Part shown: positions 1 through 12,531 of the stretch, one piece after another
Layout: the number at the start of each line of letters is the position of its first letter
Numbering within the stretch: the stretch's first letter is position 1
NCBI GenBank assembly: GCA_963514005.1
Contig: OY740818.1
Coordinates: forward strand, 10,788,001-10,852,000
Length of the DNA: 64,000 nt
Direction of reading: 5' to 3'
Source of the DNA: Raja brachyura
Taxonomy: Eukaryota
The notes under the pieces: generated by a model
What the model was told of the DNA's origin: nothing
What the model saw: only the letters and a program-made list of their open reading frames with translations
The model's database searches: none
Position numbers and translations under genes: made by a program

Positions 1-1338
1 GTAGTCACTGTGGTGGATGTTTATGTTAAAATGTATTTGGTGTGTTCCGTTGCTTTTTATTTGTATGACTGATTTGACAAATTAAATTAAATTCCTCGTA
101 TGTTGCAAAACATACTTGGCTAATAAAGTATTATTGTGTGTGTAGTTAGAGATCAGGCAAGTGGCAATCTTTTCAGAAGCTTATGTAATTGAAGCAAGGC
201 ATTTCCATATAAATCGTTAGCCTCCATTGTGCTACAATGAAACCAGCTGACCCGTGAGCTTGGAAATTGAGTTTGAGCTTGAGGGCTGAAAGCATCTTTG
301 ATGTACATGCTTCCCCAAGCCGCATGAAGTGTTCTGATGTTTCACAAGACTGATTATTGTAGACAATAGATTTTGACCACCCATCAATGATCTGAGAAAC
401 CTTGTACTTTTTTTTTTCCCTCTGTTCTGTTTTTAATTGGGTTTATTGTACCTGATCATTCTAGACCTTGGATCATTGCCTAAACTCAATTCCACACCAC
501 GCCTCTGGACATAACTTCAGAAGTTGTGAGGGGGGCAACAAATTGGCTCTAGTCTCTAGTTCTATGTCCTGATTTTTCTTCCATGAGAGCTCCTATTGTT
601 GAACCATTTAAGAATGTTAGACAAATATAGATAGATAATATTTCAGCTTTTATTTCAGAAAAGAAAACTATGTAGTAGTATAGAGTACTGAAAACCAAAG
701 ATTATGCTGAAAACAAGTGAGGCTCTTCACAAATATAACCTGCTCTTGTTTTACAATAAAATAGAGGGGAAGAAACCCGCTTGATAGGTATTTTTTGTTC
801 TTTAAATATTTATCTTGTAATGTTCTTGGAGACATACAGTTGAGGTTGAATTTAATTTGCAAAGGGAAGTTTTCATTCTCGACATTATTTGGAGGTTGCC
901 TTTCAAACATGGGGACATGAAAGCTAGTACTTTAAGTCTGGGGAGGAGTCTGAAATCAACAAGCCATCTGGCAACAATGGCAATTGAATGAATAACTTGT
1001 ATGTTTCAGCTTGTAAGTTTCGGCTTGTAGGTTTCAACTTGTCAAAACAAACCAATTTTATTTTTATTTACTGTTCTTACTGGGAGGTGATTGATTAACT
1101 GCTTGCTATTCACAGCAACAGGTATCTACTGCAAACGTTGAGGGCTGTGTGAATTTTCAAATAATGGAGATTTCTTTAGGAATCTAATCGCTAAATTAAC
1201 TGGTGGAGTTATGATTATTGGGAAAATAGTGAACATTTACCACTGCTGATTCAAAACATCAAAAGTGGCAAATTGAATAATGTTATCTTGTTATTCGCAA
1301 GAAGTTGCTAACCAATATTTAAATGTTATAATCACTAG

Positions 1339-1486
1339 GCTGGATTGATTCATGCAGATATTGGCGAGTTTTTCATTGAGCCATTGGAGAAAGGCCAGAG
1401 GGCGCAGGAGGAGAAAGGTCGTGTTCATGTTGTGTATCGTAGATCATCTATCAAACAAACGGTATCAAAGGACCTCGATACTGAAG
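1339..1486 (+). CDS. adamts14: ADAMTS14-like internal coding exon (prodomain; phase 0 to phase 1)
   Basis: Acceptor tag ends at 1338 and donor gtattt starts at 1487. Translates [49 protein letters not shown]+g, matching the ADAMTS2/3/14 prodomain pattern AGLI...FFIEPLE.G...GR.HVVYRR. This frame is not in the ORF track. Branch-like tgctaac at 1306-1312. Confidence 0.88.
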
Positions 1487-1660
1487 GTATTTAAAGTAAT
1501 GCTTGCAGAAAATTTCATGATTAAAAGTAAATATCTTATTTCATAAATCCTTGGAATCTGAATGCTAACTTAGCACAATATAAATGTATAAGACAAATGT
1601 TATTAAATATTTGTATTCTGCATTATTTGCTTGTTTTATCCATCTGCACAGTTATTATTG

Positions 1661-2268
1661 TCAAGTCAAACAAACTTTATTGTGATTTAGAAATACATTG
1701 ATAAATGCAGTTCCAAACGAAATTCCGTTGCATTTGGCTCCCTGTGCGACACGATAATTAACAGAAGGATAAACATGGATAAAAAGGATAAATAGACAAT
1801 GGTGGCAGCCCATTACATGGTATTCAGGAGTCTAATGGCTCGTGGGAAGAAGCTGTTGCAGAACCTTGATGTTCTGCTCCTCAAGCTACGATATCTTTTG
1901 CCCGAGGGCAGCAGAGTGAACAGTCCGTGATGGAGATATGTGGGGTCTTTTATGATACTGCTGGCCTTAGACACGCAACATTTGGTCGCAATATCCCCGA
2001 TTGAGGGGAGAGAGGTCCCGATGATTTTTTCCGCTGTCCTCACCACTCTCTGCACGGACTTCCAATCAGAGGCTTTACAGTCCCCAAACCAGACAGAGAT
2101 ACAGCTGGTCAAAATACTCTCTATGGTGCCCCTGTAGAAAGTGGTGAGGATGGGATGGGGGAGGTGAGCTCTTCTCATCCGGCGCAGAAAGTGCAACCGC
2201 TGCTGCGCTCTCTTAACTGTTGATGAGATGTTATTCGACCAGGTCAGACTGTTAGTGATCTGCACCCC
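1661..2268 (-). mobile_element. Rex1/Babar-type non-LTR retrotransposon, 5'-truncated 3' fragment
   Basis: ORF 1813..2265 (AQQRLHFLRRMRR...FYRGTIESILT.CISVWFG...SFFPRAIRLLN) is the typical post-RT C-terminal region. It is followed by a 3' UTR with aataaa and a short ttgac-type tail. Confidence 0.85.
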
Positions 2269-2874
2269 CTGTGATAATCTGCTTTTTTAGTATTTTGTTT
2301 GAAGACCTGTAATTTCTCTTCTAATTTAATACCCTGTCTAGTGTTTTGTCAAATGTTAATTATCCAGGAAATCAACCATTTAAAAATTATGTGACTTGTT
2401 TAGCTAAAATAACTTGCTGATTTAATCTGTGTTAATCTATATTTCAATACAACATTTGTGGTATGCTGAGTTCTTGGAGAGAACATCTGCTTTATTCATA
2501 TTTGAATGAGGAAAGGAATTATAAGATGAGCTTTCTTGACTTTCACAAAGTCTCCTTTGCCTCCAAACCCATTCTCATCTAATTGCACTTTAAATCAGTG
2601 CCTTAGGATATTTGTGTATATTAAAATCAGGTTGTACATACTAAGCTCGGGGAGAATAGTTGAGGCTGTTGTTCAGTGGAATTATAACATTCTGAATAGT
2701 GTGTATTGCTAAACCAGGTGTTTCTATAAACTACACATTCAAAGACATGTAGCACTTCATTACTCAAGCTTAAAGCTATTTTCTTCATCAAACTCTGTTT
2801 GAAGCCCATGAAAGTAAGATTGATTACACTAAGGACAATGTAGTTCTTGAGACTGTATGAGGAAAAATTGTCTT

Positions 2875-3360
2875 CAGTATGATTATTTATTGTCATGTAC
2901 ACCAGGGTGCGATGAAATTCCTAGTTCACATGAAGCTCACAGTGCAAACTCTGTACATACAGTTGTTATAAATACAATGACCAATGCAAAATGGCAGAAT
3001 GCTGCAAGGATGTGGCACAAAATCAGAGGAGGGCAGAACTACAAAACTGAATAACAGGATGAGGTTAAGTTAAGAATGGCAGCGCCTCTGTGAATGGGCT
3101 GCGAAATAAGTGATTGGTTCAGAAGCCGTGGGGAAGAAGCTGTTCCGAAGTCTGGATGTCCTTCTTGACTCTTCTCCCAAATGGCCGAAGAGAGAAATGG
3201 GAATAGCCAAGGTTCAATGATCCTTGACGATACCTCTAGCATTTCTGATGCAACACACCGTGAAGATAAACTGGATCGAAGGAAGCGATGTGCATGTGAT
3301 GCACGGGACTGTGTTCAGCACACTATACAGGCTCAGCCTGTCAAATTGAATTGCCATTGG
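2875..3360 (-). mobile_element. Old Rex1/Babar-like LINE fragment
   Basis: Degenerate ggggaagaagctgttc...ttctccc...tccttgacgat...ggactgtgttcagcac motifs are shared with the 1661-2268 element. Confidence 0.5.
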
Positions 3361-3426
3361 AAGCACAGTGGTAGAGTTGCTGCCTTATAACACCTGAGAC
3401 CCTAGTTCCATCCTGACTATGGGTGC

Positions 3427-3569
3427 TTCTTCTTCTTCTTGCATATGGCGTGCACAGCCTAAAGTTGTAGGACACCTTGTTCTATTTGATCTTATTTGAT
3501 TGTGTACGCCGGGTTGATTGCAACCTTCACGTGGTCCGCCCTGTTTTGACTAATGCAATCTTCCACCCC
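3427..3569 (-). mobile_element. Short non-autonomous retroelement (HDV-like-ribozyme-headed family), copy with inverted ribozyme core
   Basis: 11-bp TSD actatgggtgc at 3416-3426 and 3570-3580. The minus strand starts GGGGTGG and ends in a (GAA)n tail. Homologous to 13678-13810. Confidence 0.88.
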
Positions 3570-3686
3570 ACTATGGGTGCGATCTGTATGGAGTTTGCAT
3601 GTTCTCCCTGTTATCTATGTGGGATTTTTCCAGGTGCTCCCGTTTCCTCCCACATTCCAAACACGTCCAGGTTTGTAGGTTAATTA

Positions 3687-4243
3687 TGTAGTGGCCATTT
3701 GGCCTGTTTTGCATGACATTGATGATGGCATGTGCTTTTAAATGTTAGACTGCCTGTTATATTGTGGGTGGGATTTATGACGTGTTTTTGGGCATGTTTG
3801 CAGTTTAGATGCTTGCGCAGAAGCTTAGTTTTTAGATTAGATTGGAGAGTCGATGGGGAAGGTTAACCCTTTTACCATGCGGGGTTCATGCGAGATCATG
3901 CGGGCCATGCGAGGTCCACGGGAGATCTAAAGGAGATCATGCCAGATCTTGCCAGTGTTACGGAGACACGAGGAGTTTACTAATGTTTAAAGTAATAAGC
4001 TGGAGTTCGAAGAAGATTGTAGTAACGAGTAGGAAGAAACTTGGATGTATTTTACTGTTTTCTAGCAACAATTAAACATTTATTCATCAAAAGACTGTGT
4101 TTTGAAGTCATATCCGAGAAGAAGCTCTGAAAATCTCTGTGAGTGAGCTTGCATGCGTTCAGAAGACACCCCCTTCAACCATTCTCATCCAAATAGCGGC
4201 TAGGGTGCTAATTACCTGAAAGATATGATAATCTGCCACTACA
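3687..4243. mobile_element. Solo LTR (557 bp)
   Basis: TG...CA termini with short inverted ends tgtagtggc / gccactaca. 5-bp TSD aatta at 3682-3686 and 4244-4248. attaaa near 4071. Confidence 0.8.
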
Positions 4244-4582
4244 AATTAATTTCTGTAAATTTTCCCTAGCGTGTAGGATAGTGCCAGTGTATGGGGTGAT
4301 TACTGGTGGGCCGAAAGGCCTGTTTCCATGCTGTATCTCTAAAATGTAAACAAATATAATTTCAGGGTACAAAATAATGACTATGACATTTACTCCACGT
4401 ATTGAGAGCATAGTTGTTGTGGAAAGGGGAGGCAATGAACTATTGCAGATTAACACTTTTCAATGGAAACGTAAAGACAAAGAACTGCGGTTGCTGGATT
4501 AAAAATAAAGACCGTTGGAGTGATTCAGTGCGTTTCTTATCAACATCCTTCCAGTAACTGCTGTACTGTTCCAGTAACCCAG

Positions 4583-4880
4583 AGAGTTGTGAATTTGTGG
4601 AATTCTTTGCCTCAGAAGGCAGTGGAGGCTGATACAGATGGATGCATTCAAAAGAGAGTTAGATAGAGCTCTTAGGGCTGGAGGAATCAAGGGAGGAACA
4701 GTGTACTGATTGTGGATGATCAGCCAGTGGTGCTGGCTCAAAGAGCTGAATGGCCTACTCCTGCACCTATTTTCTATTTCTACCTTTCTAACATTGCGCC
4801 CAGAACTGAACACAATATTCTAAATATGGCCTCACCAGCGTCTTGTATAACTGCAATATGACCTTCCAACATCAACACTT
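4583..4880. mobile_element. CR1 LINE 3' end (+) abutting a minus-strand CR1 fragment
   Basis: agagagttgtgaatttgtggaattctttgcctcagaaggcagtggaggc...gaatggcctactcctgcacctattttctat, then cccagaactgaacacaatattc...ggcctcaccagc. Confidence 0.75.
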
Positions 4881-6899
4881 GTAAGAAGACCTGGTATTAA
4901 AAGCTATAATGGGGCCAGAAATGGAAGTGGTGTGGTTAATAGTTTATTGGGCATAGGGCCAAGGCAGCAGAAAGTGGGCATGTGGGAAAACTTGTAGCTA
5001 AGGACTCCAAGGGAAAGTGAAAGATGCTTGAGAAAAATGTACCCAGAAACCTCACTTTCTTTAAAAAAATATATATAGAGCACAAAGAATAGAATGTCCT
5101 TAAGTCACCACAGGTTGTGTGAATATTAAATACATTATTGTACATTTGTACTCCCTGCTATCCTCTTGTTAGATTGTGAAGTTAATAGCGTTCCTCTAAG
5201 CACAGCTAAGAAGCAGTCAATCATAACATTATCCATTTGCTATTTAAATTGTAGAAAACTATATAAACTTCCAAAATAGTCCATCAATCTACTCTGCTGT
5301 AGTGAAAAATGTATGCCAAGTTTTAGAACTTACTCGACCAAGGGGGACCTGTTGGGGGGGGGGGGGGTCACAGGGAAGACTGGTCCCCAAATGCAATACA
5401 TCAGGCTTAGTTCCAGAGTTCCAGACCGAGGGACTGAAGAAGTCTAAAAGGTCACCTATCCATGTTTTCCAGAGATGTAGCCTGAGCCACTAAATTACTC
5501 CAGTGCTTTGTGTCCATTTGTATATTAACCAGCATCTGCAATTCTTTGTTTCTACTAATACTGTGATAATCCCTTACTCAGTTGGAGTGGACAATGGACA
5601 CCATTTCCACCGACTCCTTCATCCGTTAAAATGAGGGTTTACCATAGTTTACATACTGAAAAGATGCCTGAAAACTAAACATATATTTGTTCAGTGCTAT
5701 CAATGCAGTCAGATATCAAGAATGGAAAGTTGCTGTATACAAAAAAATGATTCATAGTCTTATTCCATGCTGAAACGCTTAGTTAATGGGTAATATGAAT
5801 TATAGCCCACATAAAATAATATTGCTGACTTTCAATGAATGCCATGTGTATGTGCAAAGGAAAAACAATTTGTTTGATTAACTGAGCCCGTATTGATCGT
5901 GTAAGACAAAAGACTGAGTGCAATAAACTAAAAAAAATCTATTAATGGGTAAAACAATCAGTGTTCAGTATTCAAGAAACGGCTTAAATCAATGGTGCAC
6001 AGTTGTTAGCTGCAGGCAGGGTAAGATTAACATTTCATATCATGAGGCATTCTCGTGTTGTATTTAAAAAAATATCATCTGTTCAAATAATCTGGCCCAG
6101 AAATTAATCCCCAAACCAGAAATGGTGTAGCATTGTAAAATAAAGTATGATAAAAATAATGGTGCAAGTAAAAGTTGGCTCAGAAAATCGGGGTGAAGAC
6201 GCAGTCTGGGTATAGCTACGATGCACCAATGGGAGCTATCTATAGCCCTTCAAATAATAGGGGTAATTTAATGTGGGGAGTATATAAAGTTGCCAGAAAA
6301 AAAGGTTATTTAGAATTTGACAAAAATCACCAGCAGCTTAATTTGAGTAGAAAAATGCTCTATCTTGCATGGATCATAAAACCAATCTTTAAAAGTTTCC
6401 ATGTGTTTGTCAAGCATATAGGCCCCATACAATCAGTAAATGGAAAATTAACAGGAATGGGTATTAGTTTTTAAAAAAAACCTGGAGAAAGTAATAAGAC
6501 TGAAAGCTCATATATCCCTCCAGTGATAATGTGCATTCTGAGCAATTATGAGATGAACAAGTCTTCGAGCTATAGGGAGAAGTTGATTAGACTAGGATTC
6601 TATTCCTTGGAGCACAGGAAGATGAGAGGTCTCAAAGGATGATGGTTGTATGGAACTCGCTGCCAGACGAAGTAGTATGACTCTGAGGATTTCAGTTTTT
6701 CTAAATATTGGACAGATGAATAATGGGGGATGATAAACCACTTGCCCTAACATCACAAGTAGGGGAAATGCCAGAATTTGTAATGAAGAATGTTGTCAAA
6801 ATGAAACTTGTGCTAGAGGACCTCTGTGGAAGCAAAAGGTTGACACTCTGCATTAGGACTTTTTTCTGCACCCTGCCAGCTTAATGATGTATTTTCTAT

Positions 6900-7390
6900 T
6901 GGAAACTGCGCAATATTCCAAGTGCAGCCTCACCAACATCTTTTATAATTGCAACATAGTGGCCCGTTCCTGTATGGAGCCCTGACTGATGTAGGCACTG
7001 TGCCATAAAAGCCTCCTTCAGCACCCTATCTACCTTTGACGCCATTTTCAGGTATGTACTTGTGCTCCTAGGCTTGTCTGTTCCACGACACTATCCAGGA
7101 GCCTATTGTTCACTGCGATAGTCCTACCCTGGTTTGGGTATCCAAAATAGAACACCTCAATTATGTGAATTGAATGCTGCTTTGTCATTCCTTGGCAAAC
7201 TTGCAGAACTCGGGAAGATCATGTAATTTTTGACAACCACCTACAATACCTCCTGTTTTAATGTAATTTGCAAACTTACTAAATATGCCTTGTACATTCC
7301 CATCCAAATAATTAACAAATGCCGAACAACATTGGGCTCAGCCCCATTTCCTGTGGCACAGCATTATTCACAGGTCTCCAGGTCTTCCAT
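6900..7390 (-). mobile_element. Degenerate CR1 RT fragment
   Basis: aactgcgcaatattccaagtgcagcctcaccaac... and atttgcaaacttacta...ccatccaaata (minus strand of the KFADDT region). Confidence 0.6.
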
Positions 7391-7917
7391 ATCACCTTCT
7401 CCTATTATCAAGCTATATATCTAATTATTAATGTATTATTATCTGTATAACTAATTATTAATATTGATTATTGTATATTTATTTGTTTTATTACATTAAT
7501 GAACCCGAGCCTGTGAAGCTGCAGCAAGTAAAGATTTCATTGTTTCATTCCTGATGAATAGAACAATTACACTCTCTTGACTCTTGGACGACTTGATTTG
7601 CTCCAACATTCAGTATGATTGCGGCTGATTTTCCCCTTTCTAATCCACGTTCAAGCTCTTTGTGTCAAGAAATCTATCTGTCTCCTTCGTAAATGTATTC
7701 AGCGCATTCATCTCCACATGTGGCAGAAATCTTCAATAAATGGCTCAACTAGAGTATATCTGCCTGTTTGATTTATACAGTCTATATCCAGTATACACTC
7801 AATTACCTAATTCTGTGTGGATCCAATGCAATCTAACCTTTTCGAGTAGGCTACCAAACAGGATCTACTTGAAGTTGGTCATGATTACAGCATCAATGAG
7901 GTCCTCTGGGATACCGA

Positions 7918-8205
7918 GGGTACACAAAAGGCTGGAGAAACTCAGTGGGTGCAGCAGCATCTAAGGAGCGAAGGAGATAGGCAACGTTTCGGGACGAAAC
8001 CCTTCTTCAGACTGATGTGAGGGTGGTGGTGGGGGGGGGGGGGAAGAAGAAAGGAAGGGGAGTTAGGAGGCACAGAGGGGGGGCAGTTAGAGAGGAGGTT
8101 ATGAAACTGTCTCCGTAGGGAAGAGGAGAACTTCTTCAAAGTAGGCATACCTTGAGGAGATATCGCAGTGGAGGAGACAAAGTGTTAAAGAAGGAACTGC
8201 AGATT
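7918..8205 (-). mobile_element. Penelope-derived short element with hammerhead-like core
   Basis: acacaaaaggctggagaaactcag...caacgtttcgggacgaaacccttcttcagac and aagaaggaactgcagat. The minus strand reads CTGAAGA...GAAAC. Confidence 0.7.
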
Positions 8206-8289
8206 GTATATCTGCTCTGGTATATCTGCTTGTTCTCCGAAGTAGGAAAAAAGGTTCGGGTTCATGAGTGAAGCTCTTCTCCCCCAACA

Positions 8290-9345
8290 GTTATAAGTTT
8301 TTGCAAGGATACCATCTGCTGTCGAGACCATGTGCCATCATTTTTGAGATGGCACATGGCTATTTTTGGTCACTTGCAGTAGTTGCAAAGCTGAGCCAGA
8401 GGGTTTGCTGTCCGCAAGAGTCAGAATGAGATTTGGTTAAAATCAGGGTCGTAGTTACAAGTGTTTTATCAACGGCCACTTAACAAATCTTTCTCTCTTG
8501 TCCTATCATCTCGATGATCAGGGGTTTTTGTTGAACCTCTCTGCCTTTAGCAGTCTAGAGAGTTGACTTTCCCCTTGAGGCATGGGAATGAGAATCCGTA
8601 TTGCATATATGATAAATTAGTTACTGCATCTCAAGGACATTCTTATAAAACTAGCCTTTTGTTTTCTGGTAAGAAGACTGTTTCTCACAGGTGTATTCAC
8701 AGTATTTTCTTGTGACAGTGGACATGTTTCTGCTACTGTGTTAAAGCCGTGCAGATGGGGGATAACAGTGTGGATTAGGTGGTCGTCGAACAGTCATCAG
8801 TGCAGTCTTTGCCAGGGAATGTGGACATTCTTTCTGTCTTTAGATCTTAAAATGATGCAATCTAACAGATGCCAGTTATTGGATCAGGATGTTTCCATGA
8901 CATCTTGTGTTTGTCCCTTTCTGGCAAAACAGGGGATTTGTTATGACAAGCCTTTTGTTTGCAAGAGGACTCCATTAGAGTTTGTTTTCCCTGCTGTTCC
9001 TTGTCAATCAAATACTGGCAGAGTATTGTGAAGTTTCCAACCCCAAAGGATCAGTTTATCTTCTTGGAATGCAGGCTAAGATTGGGGCATATACGCTTAT
9101 GGACATATCATGTTGGTTGTTTGTCAGAGTGAACCCTTAAAAAAAGGAACCGTATCAGCCATTTGGCTCTTAGCATATGCAATCCCAAAGGAAGTTTATC
9201 AACGTTTTTGCTTCCACAGAATATTGAGGAAATTTGACAGACCGCTGAAAACTCTATCGATCTTCAACAGATGAACATTAGAGGGAATACTGGCTGGGAG
9301 CATCGCAAACTGGTTTGGTTACTCAACCACCTAAGAACAAAGGAG
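8290..9345 (-). mobile_element. Decayed RTE-clade LINE, APE endonuclease region
   Basis: Manual minus-strand translation across frameshifts gives SVYAP...NSNG...LVITNPLFCQKG...MSWKHP*SNNWHLLDCIILRSKDRKNVHI, similar to RTE APE motifs. Confidence 0.65.
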
Positions 9346-10269
9346 GCTACATAAAATAAAGGACATTACCCAGTCTAACACAGGTATTAACCTGCCCACT
9401 ATCAAAAGGAAGTACAGGAAGCGCTGACTCAAAGACAGTTAACATCATCAAAGACCCACGCCACCTTGGCCACGCTCTCATCTCTGCTAGCATCGGGTAG
9501 ATGGTACAGGAACCGAAAAACGTGATCTCCAGGTTCAAGAACAGCTTCTTCCCTATGATCACCAGGATCTTGAACCACACTGCAAAATCCAAAACCGGTT
9601 TAGGTTTATTATTGTTGCATGTATTCAGGTACAATGAAAAGCTTTGTTTTGCAATCAGTCCAATCAGATACTATACATGAATGCAATCAAGACAAACTCA
9701 AGTACAATAGAGCAAAGGAGAAGATACAGAGTGCAGAATATAGTTCTCAGCATTGTAGCACATCAGTTCCCGAGACAAAGTCCAATGTCCGCAGATGGGA
9801 TAGAGGTGAATCGGGCAGTATCCTAGCTATGGATGGTAACAGAAGGAAATAAGCTGTCCTTAAGTAACCACCTACTTCAGCAACAATCTACTAGGGACTT
9901 GGTTTTGGTTGCTCTACATACTTTGCCTATTAGAAACATAGAAAATAGGTGCAGGTGGAGGCCATTCGGCCCTTTGAGCCAGCACTGCATTAAACTGCAG
10001 CAATCAAGAATTTAATTGTTCCGTCCTGATGCATATAACAATTAACCTCCTTTCACTCTTGGTCTTGACTTGATTTGCTCCAACATTCAATAGTCACTCA
10101 GTATCATTGTGGCTGTGTCTTAATCCTGATGCCATATTTTTCCTTTGTTCCCAATATCTGCCTACGGAAGTGTATCCAGATAACTTCATAAACTGCTCAG
10201 TTTAAAAGTTGATTAAAATCTCCTATTATTAACAATGTACTCCCAAGCAGAACTGTGTTATTCTTCCCG

Positions 10270-10560
10270 GGTGGACAGGGGAAAAGATCCAAAGATCTTA
10301 TCAAAGTTTCTGTGAAATGTCTGCAGTAGCTTGTGAGAATTCCTGGCCCATGGCCACTCATAATGGAAGATAAGAATTCAACATGGTGTGGAGGACCTCA
10401 AATTCATTCATTGACAGCACCTAAACCCAAGAATCAAACTACCTCCCGAACTAGCCTCATAACTGCCTCATCATGCACTTCTTGCTTGACCAGAATATGG
10501 TCGAATCTGTGGGTCCAGCATTGGTCTATCAGCCAGCTCGGAATCATGGAAATGAAATAG
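10270..10560 (+). mobile_element. RTE-like LINE 3' fragment
   Basis: ggacaggggaaaagatccaaagatcttatcaaagtttct (GQ.KR.KD..K) resembles the RTE C-terminus. Degenerate. Confidence 0.45.
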
Positions 10561-11502
10561 ATCAGGTTATCCTTGAGCCTAGGTCTAAGAATATAGCCAT
10601 ATCTAACTGATGACTTCGCATCTTTTCTGGCTGTTATCGTCATATAACTTTAATAAAATAACCAAATCAAGTCGGATGTAACCAATATGTTTTTCATTTC
10701 TTCCATGTTCTTTACTCAACCCCCCCCCCCCCCCCCCCCCCCGCCCACCAAACCATTCCTTAAATTTAACTTGACACTGCCTCTCCAGGGATACTTTTCT
10801 GAGACCACTTTATTTCAGCATAACAAGTGAAATCTCCTACTCCCAACCAAGCAAATACTGTAATAGCTGGTACGGCTGAATTGAAGTTGACCATGAACAC
10901 ATTATTAACGCGCTGTGAAGCTTGGCTACCTGGACACTTGTATCCTAGCTGCAAAAGAAATATAATAGACGTATTTATCTTTAGTTTTTTTGCTAACTAA
11001 ATGCATTTACTTATGAGTATTTAAAAAAACACTGCAAACAATCATTGTTTGTTTTAGGACCGGGAATCCATCCGTTTATGGTGTCATGCGAAGAAATTCT
11101 TGGTAATTATTTCACAGGAGGGGGGTATCACAATAAATTCTACAGAAAACAACAGTGAGAATCAATCTACTTTCTGCATGTATTCTGTCTTAGTGAAATC
11201 ATCAAAGGTTTCAAAGGTCTTTTACAGTCAAATGTACCAATTAAGGTACAGTGATATGTGAATTACTATAAAGTTATACAACATAAAGCAGCAAGAAACA
11301 CAACTACATAAAAGTTAACTTAAACATCCACCACAGCGGATTCCCCACATTCCTCACTGTGATGGAAGGCAAAAAAAGTCCAATCTTCTCCCTCTTTATT
11401 TCATGGTAATGAAAAACTTAATCTAGCTATTCAAAGAGAACAATCATAAGATGCTCATAAACTTTGTAATTTACAGTGAATTTGGGTATTGAACATGGTT
11501 AC

Positions 11503-11733
11503 ATAGAAACATAGAAATTATGTGCAGGAGTAGGCCATTCGGCCCTTCGAGCCTGCACCGCCATTCATTATGATCATGGCTGATCATCCAACTCAGTATC
11601 CCGTACCTGCCTTCTCTCCATACCCTCAGATCCCCTTAGCCACAAGGGCCACATCTAACTCCCTCTTAAATATAGCCAATGAACTGGCCTCAACTACCCT
11701 CTGTGGCAGAGAGTTCCAGAGATTCACCACTCT
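11503..11733 (-). mobile_element. Young CR1 3' end
   Basis: (catagaaa)2 tail then gtgcaggagtaggccattcggcccttcgagcctgcaccgccattc...gagattcaccactct. Confidence 0.85.
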
Positions 11734-12309
11734 CGTTAATTTACAAAGTTTTGCATTTAATTCAATGGCACTTATCACAGTTCATTACCATTTATTATGC
11801 ATTGATTTGCAAATAATTTGATCACTTAATATTAGAATTAGGAGCCTCCAAACAAAACATTTGTTAAATGCTGATTCATAAAACAAACCACAATACCAAT
11901 CTGGGAACCTATCAGAATGTTTTAATATCAATAACTCACTTGCATTTACTGGACATTTATGTCATTTACCAGGACAGTAAATGATGAGAATTTAATAATT
12001 TACGTGTCCATTTATTTTAACATATAACTTCAATAATGTATTCCACCATTCCTTCATGTGACCTACAGGTTATAACCATGCAACATATAACATAGAACAG
12101 TATAGTGCAGAAACAGGCCCTTCTGCTAACAATGTCCATGCCGAACATACTTCCAAGTTAAATTGCTCAGTCTGATTTGTGGATGTTGCAGCATCATCAA
12201 CCACATCAGATAAATGGAGGAAGATATCGCTCAGTCAAGCTCATGGTTGTGTCGGAGGTTCTGGAATAGATTCATGGAATAATGTAATTGTATTAAGTAA
12301 TTTAGAGAA

Positions 12310-12513
12310 TGCAGATTGGCTATTTCATACTAGCCAATTATAGTGTTTGTTGGTAGTGACTCCACCTACTATGTACTTCATATTATCAAGAGCTTGCTTA
12401 CGCTAGTTAGAATGACTAGCAACTCGGAGATGTGATGACTGCAGATCCTTGCTGTATGTAGATTTAATAAATATGTGTTGTATCGTGATGTGTGTTCGAG
12501 TCGACTCATAACA
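12310..12513 (+). repeat. 5' LTR
   Basis: TG...CA termini, aataaa. About 16 mismatches in 204 nt versus the 3' LTR by manual alignment. Confidence 0.95.
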
Positions 12514-12531
12514 TGGTGTCAGAGAGTGAAT
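12514..12531 (+). promoter_or_regulatory. Primer binding site, tRNA-Leu-like
   Basis: tggtgtcagagagtgaat directly follows the LTR. TGGTGTCAG is complementary to the ...CUGACACCA 3' end of tRNA-Leu. Confidence 0.75.

Larger units (their letters stand above)
3361..4345 (+). mobile_element. tRNA-derived V-SINE (HE1-like) split by two nested insertions
   Basis: tRNA-like head (gcacagtggtagagttgctgcc...gttccatcc) and V-core (ggagtttgcatgttctccctg...ggtgctcccgtttcctcccaca). The body resumes at 4244 and ends ggcctgtttccatgctgtatctctaaa. Confidence 0.85.

Noticed and set aside
1352-1546. 64-aa ORF in the ORF track
   Set aside because: Wrong frame; the ADAMTS frame starts at 1339.
10719-10742. Poly-C run (also poly-G near 5353 and 8030) as functional G-quadruplex sites
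   Set aside because: Simple homopolymers of uncertain length with no other support.
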